From IMG/VR virus record IMGVR_UViG_3300031992_000040, positions 1 to 64,000 of that record: a DNA stretch of 64,000 nt. The stretch is one strand, 5' to 3'. The notes beneath the pieces are model-generated. The model made no database searches. It was not told where the DNA came from and saw nothing but the letters and a program-made list of their open reading frames with translations. The position numbers and the translations under genes were made by a program. Positions 1 to 8,064 of the stretch are shown one piece after another (positions within the stretch are counted from its first letter, which is position 1; the number at the start of each line of letters is the position of its first letter). The DNA comes from a virus (Duplodnaviria; Caudoviricetes).

Positions 1-1
1 G

Positions 2-100
2 ACAACAGAACAAGTATTTAAAATCTATAAGCAACTAAACGAAACAAACAAGAAGATTTTTAAAAGTGATGATTTCACAATTCAAATTGCAAGAGGTTAA
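2..100 (+). CDS. 3' end of a hypothetical protein (truncated by window edge)
   Basis: Open frame ...TTEQVFKIYKQLNETNKKIFKSDDFTIQIARG* ends at TAA 98-100 and contains the RBS of the next gene. Confidence 0.6.
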   Translation, partial: TTEQVFKIYKQLNETNKKIFKSDDFTIQIARG

Positions 101-103
101 AAG

Positions 104-346
104 ATGACTAAATACATAAAAAAGAAAGTTGATTATCTTTTATATTTAAATGATAGAAATGAAAGTCTAATCTCATCATTTGAAACTACTCAAGAGATAG
201 CGAACTTTTTAAATGTGAGCAAGTCGCATATCACACACAACCTAAACACAAACACACAAGAAACAAGAACAAGAGAAGAAGAACAAGACACAAAAGTTTT
301 AAGAACAAAAGGAAAAGAGTTTTTAATTTTTAAAATAAGTTATTAA
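104..346 (+). CDS. Small HTH/NUMOD1-like DNA-binding protein
   Basis: AGAGGT RBS; FETTQEIANFLNVSKSHITHNL resembles an HTH. Confidence 0.55.
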   Translation: MTKYIKKKVDYLLYLNDRNESLISSFETTQEIANFLNVSKSHITHNLNTNTQETRTREEEQDTKVLRTKGKEFLIFKISY

Positions 347-351
347 AAAAG

Positions 352-399
352 TGGCTTTTCTCTTGGCTCTTGGCTTGGTGGCTTGGCTTGGCTTGGTGG
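352..399. repeat. TTGGC/TTGGCTC low-complexity tandem repeat
   Basis: tcttggctcttggcttggtggcttggcttggcttggtgg. Confidence 0.8.
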
Positions 400-436
400 A
401 AATAATCGCCAATTTTAAACGATAAGGCGAAACGAT

Positions 437-460
437 AAAAGGCGAAAAAATCGCCTTTTT
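437..460. terminator. Probable bidirectional intrinsic terminator
   Basis: AAAAGGCGA-aaaaa-TCGCCTTTTT. Confidence 0.6.
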
Positions 461-476
461 AAGTGCTTTATCTTCT

Positions 477-490
477 CGAACAAATGTTCG
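477..490. promoter_or_regulatory. Gram-positive LexA (Cheo/SOS) box
   Basis: CGAAC-AAAT-GTTCG fits the CGAAC-RNRY-GTTC consensus and has perfect dyad arms. Confidence 0.6.
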
Positions 491-1039
491 GTAGATATAT
501 CAGATTGTTATATGTATAGGTTGGTGGGGGCTAGATTACAAGACCGAAAAGCCAAGCCCCACGCAAAAGGAGTATGCACCTTATATACGCCACAACAACT
601 CAAATTTGCCGATATGCCCACATTTACGCATCACCACGACCAATTACCCTCCTAAACCAAAACAACGCTAAAAACAGCCATTTTTGAGCTTTAACAGCGT
701 CCCCAAAAATAAAGCCTCTTCCCTTTTCCTACAACGCAACCGGGTGTATCATGCGCCAACAAGCATCCCCTCTTCATCTCGGCAAAGTAGCCCCACTTCA
801 CTAACCAGTTTTTCTGTCAACTCTTTGCCTCAGGCAACCGTAGTATTTATTAAAAAAAATAAATACACCTTGCAGTCCCACTGCCAAATTAATCTTCTCT
901 AATTAAAAAAGAGCAGTATGCTGTCAAACTCGGTCAAGGCAGATTTTGATGAGTCCAGCAAACATCTTCTTGATAAGCGAATTAAGGTGAGCGTCAGTTT
1001 GCCTCGTCAAAAGATGCCGCAGACGTGTTGCGAAACGAG

Positions 1040-1615
1040 TGAGGAAAGAAGAGCCGTAGATACATATTCTCTACTGTCAAAAATCTGTTTCTTCAAGCAG
1101 TCTTTCTACTCTTTTCGAGCTTCGTTTTGGAACACCCCCAAACCCCCTCTTTGCTGGGGCGCTCTAAGAATCTTCTCTTGACTTCGAATAATACTTTCAA
1201 AAGTTCATCTGTTTATTATTACAACTGCTTAAAACAGTATACTGCTGAAAGATACAACACACTGCATAAAGATACAATCCACTGCTTGAAGAAGCAGATT
1301 AACTGTTTCTTTTTAAAAGTATTATTCTTGTTGACTGCCAAAACTTCATTTTGTCAGTCCTGTGACAGACTTACTGCCAATTTTTCACTTTCGAAGTAAT
1401 TATTCTTTTTTAGTTGCACTGCTTATAACAGTTATACTGCACTTCGTGAGCAGTAATTCTTCTTATAACAGTATAACTACCGTGAAATATTCTGATAAGA
1501 ATATTGAACATAAAAATAAAATTACAATAGTATTTTTATATATATAAGGTTGACCCTCTGAAACCCTTATAAAATAAGGAAAAAAATTTTTTTTACCCAC
1601 CCCAACTGGGTAAAA
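1040..1615. repeat. Repeat-rich non-coding region, putative replication origin
   Basis: ACTGC motifs at 1224, 1241, 1261, 1281, 1334, 1373, 1418 and 1436; 19/20 inverted repeat 1082-1101 / 1281-1300; AT-rich 1490-1545; dyad TTTTACCCA/TGGGTAAAA 1591-1615. Confidence 0.45.
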
Positions 1616-1676
1616 TTGCTCAAATTTGAAATCCCAAATCCATTTTTAGCCTATAAAACAAGGCAAATTTCAACCC

Positions 1677-1705
1677 TTGACTTAATTTTTCAAATGTGAT
1701 ATATT
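1677..1705 (+). promoter_or_regulatory. Sigma-A type promoter
   Basis: TTGACT-17 nt-TATATT with extended TG. Confidence 0.7.
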
Positions 1706-1711
1706 TGATTC

Positions 1712-1891
1712 GTGAGACGGTCGAGCGGCAAACTTCCTTTCTATTTTTTTAAAGTTTGCGAAACACCTAACACGCTCATCCAATACTCACATTAACGGCG
1801 GCAATGGAAACTTGAAATTCCCGGGAATTTTGTAAAGCCCAAAGCATAAGTCCAACCCCAGAAAACTTTCGAAGCTCTGGGGCTTTTTTTT
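1712..1891 (+). ncRNA. Putative ~180-nt structured small RNA
   Basis: Lies between a promoter and a terminator with no credible ORF. Nested stems GTGAG/CTCAC, GAGCG/CGCTC, GCAAACTT/AAGTTTGC. Confidence 0.6.
1856..1891 (+). terminator. Intrinsic terminator
   Basis: CCCCAGA...TCTGGGG followed by c and T8. Confidence 0.8.
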
Positions 1892-1892
1892 A

Positions 1893-1921
1893 TTGACAGG
1901 GCAAATGTATTTTTATATAAT
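1893..1921 (+). promoter_or_regulatory. Consensus sigma-A promoter for the small early-gene cluster
   Basis: TTGACA-17 nt-TATAAT, followed by AGGAGG RBS. Confidence 0.9.
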
Positions 1922-1941
1922 AGAATTATAGGAGGATTGAT

Positions 1942-2148
1942 ATGGATATGGAAATGGACAGAATGGTTACGATTACGATGGAAGAGTATAAGGAGCTTTT
2001 GGAAACGAAGGGCAGATACGAGGAATTAAAAACTATTTATTTAAATACTATTCCTCAACCATATAAGCCAACAATAACTTGGACGAGTGCCGGTGAGGAT
2101 ATAGGAATTTCAAAAGAGCCATATAGGGTAACGTGCGAAAATGACTAG
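1942..2148 (+). CDS. Hypothetical protein
   Basis: AGGAGG RBS directly after a consensus promoter. Confidence 0.75.
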   Translation: MDMEMDRMVTITMEEYKELLETKGRYEELKTIYLNTIPQPYKPTITWTSAGEDIGISKEPYRVTCEND

Positions 2149-2407
2149 AGATGAGCAGGCGCAACTTTGTTATCTACTGGCGAAGCTAAGATATGATATG
2201 ATGATAGATTCTTGTAAATCAGATATTGAAAAACAGGGACTCTATAATGATTATATTGCGGCAATCAATAAGGTTATGAGCTATTCATATGTTGATTATG
2301 AGGCAAAGGAGGCGGCAAAAAATGAGGAAGATGTCAACCCTGTTTGTGAGGACGTTCGAGAATCACAGTGTTGTTGCGTGCGAGAACAAGATAACCCCGG
2401 GATGTGA
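2141..2407 (+). CDS. Hypothetical protein
   Basis: Overlaps the preceding stop; its 3' end overlaps the ligase gene. Confidence 0.6.
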   Translation: MTRDEQAQLCYLLAKLRYDMMIDSCKSDIEKQGLYNDYIAAINKVMSYSYVDYEAKEAAKNEEDVNPVCEDVRESQCCCVREQDNPGM

Positions 2408-2936
2408 ATGGGCTCTTGAAGATGAGAGCTATGCTACGGAGAAAATCGATGGCACTTGTTGTTTAATTAAGGATGGAAATATTTACAGGCGCTATGATTT
2501 TAAGCCCGGGAGAGTTTTACCGGAAGGAGCAATCCCCTGCCAAGAAAAGGCAGACCCTGTGACGGGGCATTTTCCCCATTGGCTTTTGTGTAGTGATGAG
2601 CGGCCTGAAGACAAATATCATTTGGCTACATTTAGAGAGAGGTCTGATTGGGAAGACGGAACTTATGAGCTTATTGGCATTCATTTTCAAAGTAATCCCT
2701 ATAACCTTGAGAGTGATATGTTAATTAAGCACGGGGAAATTATTCTTCCTGATGTTCCTAAAAGTTATGAGGGCATTAAAGACTACCTCTCTAAACACTA
2801 TATGGAAGGGATTGTTTTCTACGGCGCAAATGGAAAAATGTGTAAGATAAAGCGCAGAGACTTTGGATTTAAATGGAATGATGGACGGAAGGAATTTGGT
2901 GATGAAATTCCTAGCGTTCTTATAAGGCAGGAGTAG
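2322..2936 (+). CDS. RNA ligase, RLIG1/C12orf29 (DUF5565)-like
   Basis: Motif I ATEKIDGTCC, YELIG...NPY, EGIVF...CKIKR. Start moved to ATG 2322 (AAGGAGG RBS). Confidence 0.8.
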   Translation: MRKMSTLFVRTFENHSVVACENKITPGCEWALEDESYATEKIDGTCCLIKDGNIYRRYDFKPGRVLPEGAIPCQEKADPVTGHFPHWLLCSDERPEDKYHLATFRERSDWEDGTYELIGIHFQSNPYNLESDMLIKHGEIILPDVPKSYEGIKDYLSKHYMEGIVFYGANGKMCKIKRRDFGFKWNDGRKEFGDEIPSVLIRQE

Positions 2937-2940
2937 AATT

Positions 2941-3189
2941 ATGGGAATACGGGAAAATTTAGAGTCCCGTATCATAGAATCTTCCAATGTGAAGCTTTTG
3001 CTTTTTCCGAATAAAAAGGTTAAAGAACTTTATGAGCTGTTTATTGGTTTTAATCCTGAAGATATTGTTTTAACTACGGACGGCTTGGAGAATAAATTGG
3101 TTGGTTTGAGATACGGCTCGTATAAATTTATTGGTTATGATGAGTTAAAGAGGTGTATAGATGAGAAAAGAAGTAAAAAAAATATATAA
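2941..3189 (+). CDS. Hypothetical protein
   Basis: AGGAG RBS; tightly packed operon. Confidence 0.65.
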   Translation: MGIRENLESRIIESSNVKLLLFPNKKVKELYELFIGFNPEDIVLTTDGLENKLVGLRYGSYKFIGYDELKRCIDEKRSKKNI

Positions 3190-3367
3190 AAATTTAGACA
3201 AAAACATTAAAAAAGCTGAAGGAAAACTACAAAAACTATGCAAAAAGTATGCAGAAACGGGCGAAAATGGACTACTTATTGATATAAATTATTACAGTGA
3301 AATTTTAATAGAAGATACTACGGATAAGATGCTTATTGAGGTGTGCTGTGGAGAAGACGATGAATAA
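3161..3367 (+). CDS. Hypothetical protein
   Basis: AGAGGTG RBS. Confidence 0.65.
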   Translation: MRKEVKKIYKNLDKNIKKAEGKLQKLCKKYAETGENGLLIDINYYSEILIEDTTDKMLIEVCCGEDDE

Positions 3368-3848
3368 GGGCGATTTGAAATCCTTTACGGCCGGGGATAA
3401 GAAGCCTCTTTATCACAAATGGTTTATATCAGAACGTGGACTCTTAGAGGTTATTGAATATGATGATGGAACCGCTGAAATAATTGAGTCAAAATATATT
3501 AAATTTGTTGATGGGTATCCAAAAATTGATGAGAAAAAAATAAGAATAGACCAGACACGCAAGGTTTTTGAAGCTATTGTTGATGCCTTAGACGAGGGTG
3601 GTTGCTCATATAGAAAATTGACTTTTGAGAAACTTGGTTTTGATACTGATTATTTAGGAGATTTATTATCTGGGGTTACGGTTGCTAATGCCATTAATGA
3701 ACTTGAGATGTATAGGAAGAAAATTCCAGAGATAGAAAAAGATAGAGAAAAGAAAGCCATTATGCTTAATAGGTTGATTTCATTTCTAATAAAAAATGAT
3801 TATTCTTTTAGAGATATTGATAAAATATTAAATGGAGAGTGGAAATAA
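3360..3848 (+). CDS. Hypothetical protein
   Basis: GGAG RBS before ATG 3360, overlapping the upstream stop. Confidence 0.65.
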   Translation: MNKGDLKSFTAGDKKPLYHKWFISERGLLEVIEYDDGTAEIIESKYIKFVDGYPKIDEKKIRIDQTRKVFEAIVDALDEGGCSYRKLTFEKLGFDTDYLGDLLSGVTVANAINELEMYRKKIPEIEKDREKKAIMLNRLISFLIKNDYSFRDIDKILNGEWK

Positions 3849-3943
3849 TGATTGCTTTTATTGGAGGAGCATTATTTGGGACATTCTTTGGAATATTTTT
3901 AACTTGTGCTATTATATTAATAAAAACAAATAATAATAAATAG
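3848..3943 (+). CDS. 31-aa single-pass membrane peptide (not in ORF track)
   Basis: TAATG coupling; MIAFIGGALFGTFFGIFLTCAIILIKTNNNK*. Confidence 0.6.
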   Translation: MIAFIGGALFGTFFGIFLTCAIILIKTNNNK

Positions 3944-3953
3944 GGAGAAAAAG

Positions 3954-4295
3954 ATGTATAAAGAGAGGTTGGAAGAGTATATAAATGAAGATGCAATATT
4001 TGAAAAGTTTAAGAGCGGGGTTCTTCCCGAAAGTGACTTTGACGAATTTTGCATTAGACATTGTCAAGATATAGAAGCATTATTGAAGATGCAAGAAATT
4101 TATGATGAAAGATGGAAGAATGGTGAAACAGAACTTAGTCTAATAAGGGAATTAGCCATACAATCAATTTTACTTGGTGGAGAAAATATGACTACGGTGG
4201 GAGAACTTGTTGCTAATTATAAACGAATAGTCTTTTTATTAGATGAATATATAAAAAAGAATAACGAGGTGAGTGATTATGCAAATAAAGTATAG
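3954..4295 (+). CDS. Hypothetical protein
   Basis: AGGGAG RBS. Confidence 0.65.
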   Translation: MYKERLEEYINEDAIFEKFKSGVLPESDFDEFCIRHCQDIEALLKMQEIYDERWKNGETELSLIRELAIQSILLGGENMTTVGELVANYKRIVFLLDEYIKKNNEVSDYANKV

Positions 4296-4683
4296 AGGTA
4301 AATATTTTACAAACCCAAGAAACGCTGTTCATGTAAAAATTGATGAAGTTCAAAAAATGATTGATGAGGTGAAAGAAGGAATTTTAAACGACCCTGAGCC
4401 TTTTGCTTTTCATTATCAATCTACGGGAGATGTTTTAGTTATTGGCTGGAGAGGCGATGATGAAGCGACTATTATTGTGACACAAAATTATTGTGAAGCA
4501 ACACTATTAAAAGAAGGAGATAATTGGACTCCTGTTCAATATGGGAATATTGCTCATCTTTGTCCGGTATGCAATGGAAGTGGATATATTTATCATAAGT
4601 ATTATGTTGGAAGCAACGGAAGTGAGAATGCGGACAAAACTATCTGTGAGGCTTGTTATGGAGATGGAAAAATATGGACTTAG
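4279..4683 (+). CDS. Protein with C-terminal DnaJ-type CxxCxGxG zinc finger
   Basis: CPVCNGSG...CEACYGDG; GAGGTGA RBS. Confidence 0.7.
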   Translation: MQIKYRGKYFTNPRNAVHVKIDEVQKMIDEVKEGILNDPEPFAFHYQSTGDVLVIGWRGDDEATIIVTQNYCEATLLKEGDNWTPVQYGNIAHLCPVCNGSGYIYHKYYVGSNGSENADKTICEACYGDGKIWT

Positions 4684-4883
4684 AAAGATTAATTGTTAGA
4701 TTGGCGATAATTTTTGTTTTAGCAGCTACATCTATGTTTGTGTGGCTTTTTGCTGGGGCTATTTTATTGTGGTATATTCCTGAAGATTCATTAGATACCG
4801 TTTTGGTAATAATTGAGGCTTCTTATATAATATTGTGGATTATTATTGGAATCGTTTATTGGGAATTAAGAAAAAGAACCTAG
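4674..4883 (+). CDS. Small membrane protein (2 TM)
   Basis: Two long hydrophobic stretches; GGAG RBS. Confidence 0.6.
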   Translation: MDLERLIVRLAIIFVLAATSMFVWLFAGAILLWYIPEDSLDTVLVIIEASYIILWIIIGIVYWELRKRT

Positions 4884-4897
4884 CTATTAGGTTCTTT
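4873..4897. terminator. Hairpin embedded at the junction of convergent genes
   Basis: AAAGAACCTA-gctat-TAGGTTCTTT. Confidence 0.55.
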
Positions 4898-6085
4898 AAT
4901 CCACTGCTCAAGAAGTTGCCTCATTCTTCTTGATGGCACATATATTGTTATTGGTTTACCAACCCTGATTGCACTTCTGTATATGAATTGTATCATTTCT
5001 GAAAGCGCATATCTATCTTCAAAATCTTGGTCTATTAAAATACTGTGTTGCACAAGGAAGTTTTTTATAAAGGGTTGTAAGAATCTATTGCCTAAATAAG
5101 CGACAGCGGTTTTATCTACAAATTCATTAGTTGCCCTGGCATTAATTGGAGCAAATGATTGTGAATAAGAGTGAGGAGCTACTTTATCTTGATACTTTTT
5201 AAAAGTAGTCCATAAAGCTTCATCTTTTCTAACTTTTGCTATGTTTCTAAAAAAATTATAAGTATTATTTGAGAGCTGTTTAAAATCTTTTTGTTTCATA
5301 AACCAAGAGAGAGATAGGGCTCCTTTTTTTATACCTATATCGTTAAGTTTTGGTTTATCTATTATTGTGATAAGTTTTTTTTGCTCACTATAATCATAAA
5401 TAATTTTTTCTTCTGTTAGTTCGCAATCTTTTACATACCACCTTTTATATTTAAATCCGTAGAGGTCAAAATATTTTTTTTGTATTTGTCCATCAAACAT
5501 ATAAGTTAATAAATATACTTCTTTAAAAGCATAAAATATCTGATAAGGGAAAAGCCATATAAGATTTTTTGCATCCGTTTTTTCATTTTTAATTATACTG
5601 ATTTTATTATTTTTTATAAGATTTCTAACCTCTGTCATAGACTCGCTAAATTCTTTAGAAGTCCACTTTAAAGTGCCATCTTTTTTTATTTCTACGGTGT
5701 GTTTTAGAATGAAGTCTAAATCTTTTTCATTCATATTATAGATTTTAATTGTGTTTATTACTTCATCTAAAATGAGTATATAATTTTGTTTTTTTAATTC
5801 ATCAAGCATACTCATATCAACTTTTTCAAACAATGCGTGAGTTGATGCTATATTAACTCCTTTTTTTATTAAACTAATTAGGTCGCCTTTTTTATTGTTA
5901 TTTAAAAGTTTTGGTTCTTTAAATTTATGTTCTTTACAAGAATCTTTAACTCTTTGAACTTCACTTAAAAAAGGAGTTATGAATAGATATTTATTATCAC
6001 TTGTATCTGATTTTATTTTGTTAATTATGGAGGTGGTTTTGCCAACACCACAGCCAGCATCAATGATGTTTATTATTCTCGCCAC
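4880..6085 (-). CDS. SF2-like helicase/ATPase (SPbeta YonV-like; possible origin-binding protein)
   Basis: Walker A GCGVGKTT, YLFITP, STH, Walker B LILDEV, QFIYRSAIR motif VI-like. Confidence 0.75.
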   Translation of the reverse strand: MARIINIIDAGCGVGKTTSIINKIKSDTSDNKYLFITPFLSEVQRVKDSCKEHKFKEPKLLNNNKKGDLISLIKKGVNIASTHALFEKVDMSMLDELKKQNYILILDEVINTIKIYNMNEKDLDFILKHTVEIKKDGTLKWTSKEFSESMTEVRNLIKNNKISIIKNEKTDAKNLIWLFPYQIFYAFKEVYLLTYMFDGQIQKKYFDLYGFKYKRWYVKDCELTEEKIIYDYSEQKKLITIIDKPKLNDIGIKKGALSLSWFMKQKDFKQLSNNTYNFFRNIAKVRKDEALWTTFKKYQDKVAPHSYSQSFAPINARATNEFVDKTAVAYLGNRFLQPFIKNFLVQHSILIDQDFEDRYALSEMIQFIYRSAIRVGKPITIYVPSRRMRQLLEQWIKEPNS

Positions 6086-6798
6086 ATACCTACCTCCTCT
6101 ATTTTCTTTTTTAATTTTTTGCCGGCATCTTCAAATCTTTCAAAATAAAGGTCTTCCACAACTTCATCGCATTTATATTTAAATAGTGCATCTAAAACAG
6201 GATTATCTAATTTGATTCTTTTACCCATACATCCGGCACATATGTTAGTTTCACCTTTAACTAATTTATAGTATTTTGGATTGTCTGGAAAATATTTTCT
6301 GCATTTTCTACACATCTTCCATACGGTTAAATTCGTTATGGTTTTATCGTGAGTTAGACATATTCTTTCATAAAGAGAATAGTTTGTCAAGTCGGGTCTA
6401 ACATTTATTTTAGTTGGGGTATAATTTGTTTTTGGAGTTATTCCCAAAAAAATTGAGGCATTATAAAGTCCACGACTTCTTATTTGATAATCGCCTCTTT
6501 TAACTATTTTAACTTTTTGTAATCTTTCTTTTAAACCATCTTCGGTGATAAACCATACAGAGACTGGTTTTTTTATATTAAAATCTTCATATGTAATCAT
6601 TAACATACTTCTAACAAAGTTTGTTTTTACCATGATATCACTTACATTGTCTGAATAAAACAAAACATTTTTGAAAAAATTGTTAACGGCGAAGAATCTA
6701 TTCCCTTTTTCGTCTATAGCCATTACGGTTGTTGCTTCACCTATTTTTATTTGTTTGACTATATATTTTCCTGATTCGTCCATCTTTGTTTCTAACAT
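6073..6798 (-). CDS. Bro-N-like regulator with C-terminal CxxC..CxxC zinc finger
   Basis: GNRFFAVNNFF...VWFITEDGL resembles Bro-N; CRKC...CAGC. Confidence 0.5.
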   Translation of the reverse strand: MLETKMDESGKYIVKQIKIGEATTVMAIDEKGNRFFAVNNFFKNVLFYSDNVSDIMVKTNFVRSMLMITYEDFNIKKPVSVWFITEDGLKERLQKVKIVKRGDYQIRSRGLYNASIFLGITPKTNYTPTKINVRPDLTNYSLYERICLTHDKTITNLTVWKMCRKCRKYFPDNPKYYKLVKGETNICAGCMGKRIKLDNPVLDALFKYKCDEVVEDLYFERFEDAGKKLKKKIEEVGMWRE

Positions 6799-6815
6799 AG
6801 CATATCACCATTGTA

Positions 6816-6844
6816 ATTTTAACATTTTTTATTGTTATAGTCAA
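6816..6844 (-). promoter_or_regulatory. Sigma-A promoter (leftward)
   Basis: Minus strand TTGACT-17 nt-TAAAAT with extended TG. Confidence 0.75.
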
Positions 6845-6853
6845 ACTTTTTTA

Positions 6854-6882
6854 TTGACAATCGAACATTTATTTGATACACT
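6854..6882 (+). promoter_or_regulatory. Sigma-A promoter for the nucleotidase-kinase-RNAP operon, with a degenerate LexA box in the spacer
   Basis: TTGACA-17 nt-TACACT with extended TG; CGAACATTTATTTG at 6862-6875. Confidence 0.75.
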
Positions 6883-6915
6883 TTAATTAAGAATAGAAAG
6901 GGGAAGGAGGAGTTA

Positions 6916-7509
6916 ATGAAGACCGTTTATATTGATTTCGATGAGACTATAGTTCAAAGCAATAAACGAATCATTGATATTTTAAATGGTAGATACGGGG
7001 TAAATAAATCAGAGAAAGATTTAAAAGATTATGGATATAAATCTATTGCTCCAATCAGTGCCAATGAAAAGTTTGAACTTTTTGCTAGTGATGAGTTTTT
7101 CGATGGTCTAACTTTTAAGGATGGTTTTCTGGATTTTTATGGTAAGTATAAATCTATTGTTAATATTACTATTGTAACAATAGGAACAAAAGAAAATCTT
7201 GAAAAAAAAGAAAAGTGGATTAGAGACAATTTAGACCCTGAAATAAATTGTATTCTTATCGAGGGAACATCTATGAATAAAAAAATGGTCAATATGCACA
7301 AGGGTATCCAAATTGATGATTGCACAACTTGTCTCGACACTAACGCAGAAATAAAAATATTATACAAAAGTGAATTTGATTATCCGTGGCAACGTGGCTA
7401 TGAAAATTCAGATGTATTAATAGCTAGCACTTGGGGTCAGATAGATGAGATTTTAGGATTTTATTTAAAATATGATTATAAAACTTTAGTTAAAAAGAGG
7501 GAGGTTTAG
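6916..7509 (+). CDS. HAD-family 5'(3')-deoxyribonucleotidase-like protein
   Basis: YIDFDET motif I, VT motif II, IQIDD motif IV. Confidence 0.8.
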   Translation: MKTVYIDFDETIVQSNKRIIDILNGRYGVNKSEKDLKDYGYKSIAPISANEKFELFASDEFFDGLTFKDGFLDFYGKYKSIVNITIVTIGTKENLEKKEKWIRDNLDPEINCILIEGTSMNKKMVNMHKGIQIDDCTTCLDTNAEIKILYKSEFDYPWQRGYENSDVLIASTWGQIDEILGFYLKYDYKTLVKKREV

Positions 7510-7512
7510 TGC

Positions 7513-8064
7513 TTGGAAAGTTTATATTTAATTAGTGGAAAAGCAGAGCACGGTAAGACAACTACTGCGGAAATACTAAAGAGTGAATTGGAAGCATTGG
7601 GTCATAGAGTTGTTATTACTAGATATGCTTATTATTTAAAAGATTTGGCTGCTAAATATTGTGGTTGGAATGGAATTAAAGATGAAGAGGGCAGAAGATT
7701 GTTACAAACACTGGGAACAGAAATAATTAGGCAAAAATTGAATAAACCAAATTTTCATGTTGGCAGAGTTTGTGAAGATATTGAAATCTGCCAAGATTAT
7801 GTTGATGATGTTATTATTGATGATACAAGATTTGAAAACGAGGTATATTATCCAAAAGCAATGTTTGGGGATAAAGTTAAAACAATTAGAATTATTAGAA
7901 TTTCATCAGATGGAACGGTTTATGATTCTAGTTTAACACCAGAACAAAAGAAACATCCAAGTGAAATATCTTTGGATAACTTTAATTTTGATTTTAAGAT
8001 TGAGAGTCCAAGTTTAGAGTATACGAGGAAATATGTTAAAGAAAAGATATTGGGAGGGAAATAA
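7513..8064 (+). CDS. Deoxynucleoside monophosphate kinase
   Basis: ISGKAEHGKTT P-loop, RRLLQTLGTEIIR, DTRFENE, HPSE. Confidence 0.8.
   Translation: MESLYLISGKAEHGKTTTAEILKSELEALGHRVVITRYAYYLKDLAAKYCGWNGIKDEEGRRLLQTLGTEIIRQKLNKPNFHVGRVCEDIEICQDYVDDVIIDDTRFENEVYYPKAMFGDKVKTIRIIRISSDGTVYDSSLTPEQKKHPSEISLDNFNFDFKIESPSLEYTRKYVKEKILGGK

Noticed and set aside
945-1040. Hammerhead-like TTGATGAG...CGAAAC
   Set aside because: The core lacks C3 (CTGA) and no stem II partner for GTCC precedes GAAAC.
1224-1300. CRISPR array
   Set aside because: Units are ~20-nt degenerate tandem repeats without spacers, and there are no cas genes.
684-1547. Four short + strand ORFs in the track
   Set aside because: No RBS, atypical composition, and they overlap the repeat/dyad region; likely non-coding.
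1791-1855. Twister-like TAAC..GC..AAGCCC
   Set aside because: Required P2 and pseudoknot pairings are absent.
1712-1891. 6S RNA identity (similar length)
   Set aside because: The pairings give several separate hairpins, not one rod with a central bubble.
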